Shown: positions 57,088 through 64,000 of the stretch, in pieces
How positions within the stretch are numbered: position 1 is the first letter of the stretch
Layout: each line of letters begins with the position of its first letter
NCBI GenBank assembly: GCA_976226885.1
Contig: OZ320316.1
Location: 66,464,001-66,528,000 of the forward strand
DNA length: 64,000 bases
Reading direction: 5' to 3'
Source: Iphione sp. A-MEVVRFRX5
Taxonomy: Eukaryota
Position numbers and translations under genes: made by a program
The notes under the pieces: model-generated
Databases searched by the model: none
Told to the model about the DNA's origin: nothing
What the model saw: the letters and a program-made list of their open reading frames with translations, nothing else

Positions 57088-57463
57088 GTCGTCGATGCGG
57101 CGATGCGGCACCGGTGAGGCGCAATTCGCAGGTGCAGACGGCCGCTCGGTGACGAGACAGCGAGGGCCGCAGCGGCACTGCGGGTCTGAACTGGTTTCGG
57201 TGGGGCACGGTCGGCCTCTGCGGCGCTGCGGGTCTCCTCGCGTGGATGGCTGGTTGCGGTACTGCGGCGATCTTCTCGCTGTTGGTCGTCACCGGGTAGT
57301 GCCGCGGCGGTGCCCTGGCACCCTGGCTGCGGCGATGCGTCTGCTAGATCGCCGCACAGCGGCAGGGGTGCGTCGACTCCACTGGGACGTGCGAGCCTGC
57401 GGCCACTACGTCGGAGGGGGATGGTGCGGCTACAGTCCACCCCCGCGCGGCACGCCAGTCGAG

Positions 57464-57476
57464 CTGCGGAAGAAAG
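57464..57476 (-). promoter_or_regulatory. Candidate splice acceptor for an ORF3 subgenomic mRNA (CCTTTCTTCCGCAG|)
   Basis: Pyrimidine tract plus CAG ending at 57464; no ATG on minus between 57463 and the ORF3 ATG. Confidence 0.5.
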
Positions 57477-57752
57477 GTACCCATGAGAGTAACGGTTCCA
57501 GGTAGTTCCCTCCGCAGCGGCGACAGGTTTACCACACATTTCATCGAAAAACAAGGGTGCATCACGACCTTCGCCGCTCACCCAGCGCGGCTTTCTCCCG
57601 TTACCCCGGTTATCGCCCATGTGTGCTGCTACCAACGGTAGGTTCCTCACCTCGTGCTGCCGCGGCGAATCCCTCGTCGAAGTCAGACGTTGAGCGGCAG
57701 CGGCTTCTCTTCTGTCGCCGCGGCCCCGGGTCGATGTTCTCTGGTCGGTGGG

Positions 57753-60700
57753 CTAAGGTGCGTTCTGTCGGCGCTCGACACGTGTTGCGTGGATCACGAC
57801 GCTGTGGATCGTGTGGTGTCGCTCGGGTGCAGCTTCCTGCGGCTCCCCTGGCGCCGCCTGGAGACTAGCGGTCGAATCACGCGGTATTGCGGTTGACGGG
57901 GTGGGGCCCAGCGCGCTGCCTCTTATATGCTGAGATGCGGCTGCGGCGCCCTCTATCGGCATGGCGTAACTGTGCGGCCTTGCGGCTTCCTCCTGGGCCC
58001 GCTGCACCTCGTCCTGTGCCGCTGCGGCCTCCTGAACGCCGCACGTTACTTGGGGGTCGAGATGGGCGATCTTCAGGCGATCTGCATGAACTACTCTCTG
58101 CCGATGTCCACGACTGACTCGGTACACCACTTCGGACAACGCCTTCTCCATGGTCCAAGGCCCCTCCCACCAACTCTGCAACTTCGGGGAGATTCCCTTC
58201 TTACAGGCCGGGGTGAAAAGCCAGACTCGGTCGCCCTCGGCGTACCGTTGGTGCCTCACCCCTCGGTTGTACCAGTCCTTCTGTTGTGCTGCCACACGAC
58301 TCAGCTTCTCTGCTACTTTCTCATGCGCCCGGCGGACCTCTTCCGCTATCCGGCTCGCGTATTCCCCACGATCCACCAGGGGTGGGGCCGGGCCACCATA
58401 GCGCAGCTCCACTGGCAGCGTCACCTCTCGGTGCAACAACGTCTGGTTCGGTGATTCCCCCGTGGCGTTGTGGGGGGTGGCCCGGTAGGCGGCCATCACG
58501 AACGGCAGGGCTTGGTCCCAGTCCTTCCGGCGCTCCTCGGCTAGCGTGCCCAGCATGTTCCCCAACGTGCGATTAAATCGCTCGACTACCCCATCACTCT
58601 GGGGGTGGTAGGGGGTGGTGCGGGATTTCCACGAACAGCGCCGCCTCAAAATTACGGCCCTGGTCCGAATGGAGTACCCGTGGGGGGCCGAAACGGCAGA
58701 CCACTTCCCTAACGATGATGTCTGCTGTGGCCGCCGCGGTGGCCTCTTCAAGAGGGAACCCCTCCGTCCACTTCGAGAAGTGGTCGGCCACTACCAGGAT
58801 GTACCTGTTTCCCCTCTCCGTCACAGGAAGCGGCCCCAAGATGTCTGCCGCCAGCACTTCCCATGGCTCCGACACGGGGCGTCCTTGCAGGTGGGCCCGG
58901 TGGCGCCTCCCCGGCCCCTTCCTTTGTTGGCATGCCTGACAGCACTGGGACCAGCGTGCAACGTCGCGCGACATCCCGGGCCAAAACCAGCGCCGGCGCA
59001 GCGCTGCTCCAGTCTTCTCTGGACCAAGGTGGCCACCCACCGGGCCTGCGTGGGTCTCCTGCCAGAGGCTCTTCCGTATGGCCCGGGGGACATAGGTCTG
59101 AGGGAGCCTCTGCCGGTCCTCCTCTTCCCAAAGGCACACCAGTGCTCCCGATCGGAGCTCGAGTCTCGGGCCTTCCGCTCTGAGCTGTCTTTCTTCCCAG
59201 GTCAATCCAGCCCGCAGTCCAGGGAGGGGCCCCCCTTCCTCCAGCGCTTGGATGAGCTCGCCTGTTGCCGGTTCCATCCTCTGCATCTGGCACACATCTG
59301 GACCACCCTCCACTCCGGCGATGCCTACCGCCTCCGCACTCTCGGACCCCAGGTCTCGCCGGCCGCACTGCTTGCATTCTTGCCGTGATAGTCCGTCTGC
59401 GTTACCATGGCGTTTCCCTGGCCGGTGCGTGATCCGGAGGTCATGACAGAAGACCTCCTCCAACCACCTGGCCAGCTGACCCTGTGGTTCGTGGAAGTTG
59501 CACAGCCAGCGCAAGGAATCGTGGTCGGTGCGGATGTCAATGGCCCGGCCCCCCACATAGCATCTAAACTTCCGGAGGGCGAACACCACTGCCAAGAGTT
59601 CCTTCCTCGTAACGCAATAGTTCCGCTCGGGGCGGGTCAGTGTGCGGCTGGCGTAGGCTAGCACCCGCTCACGCCCTTCCTGCACTTGAGACAACACCGC
59701 ACCGATGCCAGTGTCGGAAGCATCGGTGTCCAGGAGCAGCTGCCCCACGGGTGTCGGATAACCCAGGATGGGGGTAGTGGACAGCCGGGCCTTCAGCTGT
59801 TCGAAGGCTTCTTGACAGGCCTGGGACCACTCAAACTCCCGCTCTGCTCCAGCCAGGGCATGCAGGGGTGCCGCTAGGGTGGCAAACCCTTCCACAAAGC
59901 TGCGGTAGTACGAGCAGAGTCCTAGAAAGCTTCGGAGTTCTGCTGCACACCGAGGGCGGGGCCATCGCGAGACGGCCCTGATCTTCTCTGGGTCGACCCC
60001 CACTCCTTCCGCCGAGACCCGATGGCCCAGGTATGCCACCTCTCGCTGGAATAGTTGACACTTGGATGCTTTGACGCGGAGTCCGGCCCCAATCAGCCTC
60101 TGGAATACCGTGCCGAGTCGGGTGCACATCTCCTCCACCGAGCGGCCCAGGACGATCACATCGTCAAGGTACACTAAACACTCGGTGCCCACGAGGCCCC
60201 GCAGTACAGACTCCATAAGCCGCTCAAAGGTGGAGGGTGCGTTGCAGAGACCGAACGGCATTACCCGGAACTGGTAAAGGCCGTTCGGGGTGCATACCGC
60301 CGTCTTTTCTGCGTCCGCCAGCTCCATCTCGACCTGCCAGTAACCGCTGGCCAGGTCGATCGCCGAAAAATACTGGCTACCCTGCAGAGCATCGAGGGTG
60401 TCGTCTATCCAGGGGAGGGGGAACGCGTCCTTCTTGGTGATGGCGTTGAGTTTGCGATAGTCGATGCAGAACCGTAGACCCCCATCCTTCTTTTGTACGA
60501 GCACCAACGGAGATGCCCATGGACTTGTGGAGGGCTCCAGCACCCCCTTCTGCACCATCTTGTCTACCTCCGCGCGAACTGCCTCCCTCTTGTGAGGGGG
60601 GAGGCGCCTTGCTCGTTGACGAATGGGTGGGAGACCCTGGGTGTCGATGCGATGTCGGACTTCCGGGGTACGGCCGAGCGGACCGCTGGCTGTCTGGAAG

Positions 60701-61603
60701 ACCTCGCGATGGCGCCGTAGCATGGCCGCTGCCGCTCCGGGTCGGTGGTCTCTACCGGTAGTTGCCCTAGCAAGTACTCTACAGCTTGCTCTTGCTCTGC
60801 CTCCACCTGCTCCTGGGGAGCCTCGGGTGGTCCAAGCACCGCGGCGACCTGACGGAGCTCGGCCAACCGGGTTCCCTCGAAGACTCGTGTCGCCTGGGAG
60901 CCGGGGTTCCACACTGGAACCCACACCCTCCCCTCCTGAGGTCGTACCAGCGCGCGAGCCACTCGTAGCCCCGAGCGTGACTCGAACCTGGCGTCAGGCT
61001 CCGCCAACCCTTCCAAAGAGTCGACCCCTCCTTGACACGCCTTCGCCTGAACCCAGCCTATTCCTCCCGCAGGAATCTCTTGACTGCCGCTGGCTCGCAG
61101 GGTGGCCGCCCATTCACGGTTGCCGGGCCAAACAGTGACCGTGGCCTCCCTCGTATCTACTGTTGCCGCCCACCGATCCAGCCAGTCCAAGCCGAGCAGA
61201 CCCGGTATCTCCATCTCTACCACGATGGCCACCACCTGTAGGGTGACCCCTGCGAACCGAACTTCGCAATCCACCAGCCCCAATACTTGTAGGGCGCTGC
61301 CATCCACTCCGAAGACTCGCGCCCCGCCGGGTCCAACGACACCCCCTGTAGTTCTCGGTAGGTCCGTGCAGAGAGGAGGGAAGCGGAGGCTCCTGTGTCC
61401 ACCAGCCAGTCCACCACCTGTCCGCCGACTTCTCCCTCTAGCAATACTCCCCGGCACCCCGTCCTCCTCCTTCCCTGCAGTACCCTCCTTGGCTCCCCCT
61501 TGACGGCAGCGACCATCGCCTCCAAGGGGGGTCCCAGGCCGGGTGGTATGGAATCAGAGGCCGCCCGCCCTACTGAGCCGGGGCGGGCGGCTTCTCGTTT
61601 TCC
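57753..61603 (-). pseudogene. Gypsy pol (PR-RT-RNaseH-IN), copy A, disrupted
   Basis: LVDTGAS; PWASPLVLV, RFCIDYRKLN, MPFGL, YLDD (60171-60160); DTDAS, NYCVTRKELLAVV, TDH; HHCC zinc finger, ADILGP, SDQGRNFE, SDGVVERFN, WEGPW. Frame broken by a 1-bp deletion (~61322), a 7-bp deletion (~60730) and a deletion in IN (~58610). Confidence 0.95.
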
Positions 61604-61973
61604 GGCTGCACTAGAGCAACGTCGGCGGTGTTCTCGGCTGCCTTCCGTACCTGGCAGTCCCGCTTGAAGTGCCCGGGCTCCTTGCAGTAAAAGCATCCTT
61701 CGTTGTTCGCGCGCTTCCCGCCTCGCCTAACGGGGGAAGCGGTTGTTGCGGGCTGCTCCAGTAGCTTGGACAGGAGCTGCTCAATGCGCTCCAATCCGGT
61801 CGTTGTCTTGGCGTCGTGGCTGGCCACCGCCACCTCTTGAGATTCGGCCTGTGCCGCATAGACACGCGTCGCCCCAGCCCCCGGGCTGCGCTCCTTCTCG
61901 GCGTGGTGGTACGACTCGGCCAAGAGCGCCTCCGAGATGGCTGCCTGAAAGGACCGGGCCTTAGCTTGCACGA
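61570..61973 (-). pseudogene. gag C-terminal part with CCHC knuckle, copy A
   Basis: GCFYCKEPGHFKRDC (CX2CX4HX4C); stop TAG at 61572-61570. Confidence 0.9.
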
Positions 61974-63284
61974 CGTCTTTTCTGCGTCCGCCGGCTCCAT
62001 CTCGACCTGCCAGTAACCGCTGGCCAGGTCGATCGCCGAAAAATACTGGCTACCCTGCAGAGCATCGAGGGTGTCGTCTATCCGGGGGAGGGGGAACGCG
62101 TCCTTCTTGGTGATGGCGTTGAGTTTGCGATAGTCGATGCAGAACCGTAGCCCCCCATCCTTCTTTTGTACGAGCACCAACGGAGATGCCCATGGACTTG
62201 TGGAGGGCTCCAGCACCCCCTTCTGCACCATCTTGTCTACCTCCGCGCGAACTGCCTCCCTCTTGTGAGGGGGGAGGCGCCTTGCTCGTTGACGAATGGG
62301 TGGGTGACCCTGGGTGTCGATGCGATGTCGGACTTCCGGGGTACGGCCGAGCAGACCGCTGGCTGTCTGGAAGACCTCGCGATGGCGCCGTAGCATGGCC
62401 GCTATCTGCTGCCGCTCCGGGTCGGTGGTCTCTACCGGTAGTTGCCCTAGCAAGTACTCTACAGCTTGCTCTTGCTCTGCCTCCACCTGCTCCTGGGGAG
62501 CCTCGGGTGGTCCAAGCACCGCGGCGACCTGACGGAGCTCGGCCAACCGGGTTCCCTCGAAGACTCGTGTCGCCTGGGAGCCGGGGTTCCACACTGGAAC
62601 CCACACCCTCCCCTCCTGAGTTCGTACCAGCGCGCGAGCCACTCGTAGCCCCGAGCGTGACTCGAACCTGGCGTCAGGCTCCGCCAACCCTTCCAAAGAG
62701 TCGACCCCTCCTTGACACGCCTTCGCCTGAACCCAGCCTATTCCTCCCGCAGGAATCTCTTGACTGCCGCTGGCTCGCAGGGTGGCCGCCCATTCACGGT
62801 TGCCGGGCCAAACAGTGACCGTGGCCTCCCTCGTATCTACTGTTGCCGCCCACCGATCCAGCCAGTCCAAGCCGAGCAGACCCGGTATCTCCATCTCTAC
62901 CACGATGGCCACCACCTGTAGGGTGACCCCTGCGAACCGAACTTCGCAATCCACCAGCCCCAATACTTGTAGGGCGCTGCCATCCACTCCGAAGACTCGC
63001 GCCCCCGCCGGGTCCAACGACACCCCCTGTAGTTCTCGGTAGGTCTGTGCCGAGAGGAGGGAAGCGGAGGCTCCTGTGTCCACCAGCCAGTCCACCACCT
63101 GTCCGCCGACTTCTCCCTCTAGCAATACTCCCCGGCACCCCGTCCTCCTCCTTCCCTGCAGTACCCTCCTTGGCTCCCCCTTGACGGCAGCGACCATCGC
63201 CTCCAAGGGGGGTCCCAGGCCGGGTGGTATGGAATCAGAGGCCGCCCGCCCTACTGAGCCGGGGCGGGCGGCTTCTCGTTTTCC
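61974..63284 (-). pseudogene. pol PR plus RT N-terminal half, copy B (frame intact, truncated at ...EPADAEKT)
   Basis: Open frame in the 61611..63377 ORF; RT is cut at the junction 61973/61974 and runs on into out-of-frame gag. Confidence 0.92.
63241..63284 (-). promoter_or_regulatory. Candidate gag-pol -1 ribosomal frameshift signal (also at 61560-61603)
   Basis: pol is in the -1 frame relative to gag; G GAA AAC heptamer, 5-nt spacer, perfect 11-bp stem GCCGCCCGCCC/GGGCGGGCGGC with a 10-nt loop. Confidence 0.7.
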
Positions 63285-63654
63285 GGCTGCACTAGAGCAA
63301 CGTCGGCGGTGTTCTCGGCTGCCTTCCGTACCTGGCAGTCCCGCTTGAAGTGCCCGGGCTCCTTGCAGTAAAAGCATCCTTCGTTGTTCGCGCGCTTCCC
63401 GCCTCGCCTAACGGGGGAAGCGGTTGTTGCGGGCTGCTCCAGTAGCTTGGACAGGAGCTGCTCAATGCGCTCCAATCCGGTCGTTGTCTTGGCGTCGTGG
63501 CTGGCCACCGCCACCTCTTGAGATTCGGCCTGTGCCGCATAGACACGCGTCGCCCCAGCCCCCGGGCTGCGCTCCTTCTCGGCGTGGTGGTACGACTCGG
63601 CCAAGAGCGCCTCCGAGATGGCTGCCTGAAAGGACCGGGCCTTAGCTTGCACGA
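63251..63654 (-). pseudogene. gag C-terminal part with CCHC knuckle, copy B
   Basis: Identical to 61570-61973 at a 1681-bp offset. Confidence 0.9.
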
Positions 63655-64000
63655 CGTCTTTTCTGCGTCCGCCGGCTCCATCTCGACCTGCCAGTAACCG
63701 CTGGCCAGGTCGATCGCCGAAAAATACTGGCTACCCTGCAGAGCATCGAGGGTGTCGTCTATCCGGGGGAGGGGGAACGCGTCCTTCTTGGTGATGGCGT
63801 TGAGTTTGCGATAGTCGATGCAGAACCGTAGCCCCCCATCCTTCTTTTGTACGAGCACCAACGGAGATGCCCATGGACTTGTGGAGGGCTCCAGCACCCC
63901 CTTCTGCACCATCTTGTCTACCTCCGCGCGAACTGCCTCCCTCTTGTGAGGGGGGAGGCGCCTTGCTCGTTGACGAATGGGTGGGTGACCCTGGGTGTCG

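Larger units (their letters stand above)
53031..64000 (-). mobile_element. Ty3/Gypsy LTR retrotransposon (5' part beyond the window) with an extra 3' ORF and an internal tandem triplication
   Basis: Order gag CCHC - PR - RT - RNase H - IN, then an extra ORF, PPT and 3' LTR; abrupt switch to GC-rich sequence at 53031. Confidence 0.97.
60301..64000 (-). repeat. Tandem repeat of a 1681-bp gag(3')-PR-RT(5') segment: A 60301-61973, B 61974-63654, C 63655-beyond window
   Basis: Same junction GAAAAGACG|TCGTGCAAGCTAAGG at 61973/4 and 63654/5; offsets 1673 (A-B, 8 bp deleted in A) and 1681 (B-C). Confidence 0.97.

Noticed and set aside
53654-57505. Long plus-strand ORFs (222, 374, 277 and 243 aa, among others) antisense to ORF3
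   Set aside because: Shadow frames expected in very GC-rich coding DNA; Ser/Gly/Val/Pro low complexity, no motifs.
57877-63697. Numerous 60-260-aa ORFs in alternative frames or antisense to gag-pol
   Set aside because: By-products of GC content and of the tandem duplication; no independent domain signal.

Overview
AT-rich invertebrate animal genomic DNA (spliceosomal introns, metazoan transposons; species not identifiable from sequence). The left 26 kb holds one complete host gene on the minus strand, reconstructed by hand as 13 GT-AG, phase-consistent exons (CDS 25940->1819, 2154 nt, 717 aa). It encodes an SLC6 Na+/Cl--dependent transporter of the GABA/creatine/taurine subfamily, closest in motif to the creatine-transporter type, with a compact CCAAT/TATA/Inr promoter. 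From 26 to 64 kb I recognise no host gene, only transposon remains: Tourist/PIF-Harbinger-type MITEs, a tRNA-derived SINE head, LINE ORF2 fragments, a Penelope-like fragment, a TIR-bounded intron-containing Sola-like DDD transposon and a Harbinger relic, plus a 148-N gap. From 53031 to the window end lies a GC-rich Ty3/Gypsy LTR retrotransposon (minus strand), inserted in an intron of the Harbinger transposase. Its main oddity is an intact 1184-aa third ORF between integrase and the 3' LTR. This ORF is not env: it has two classical C2H2 zinc fingers, a long disordered region with NLS- and SIM-like motifs, and an unrecognised beta-rich C-terminal domain, and it is preceded by a splice acceptor and a 376-nt AUG-free leader. 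The element also carries a 1681-bp gag-PR-RT segment in at least three tandem copies and a candidate -1 frameshift signal. All calls come from manual reading and motif knowledge; no database search was run.
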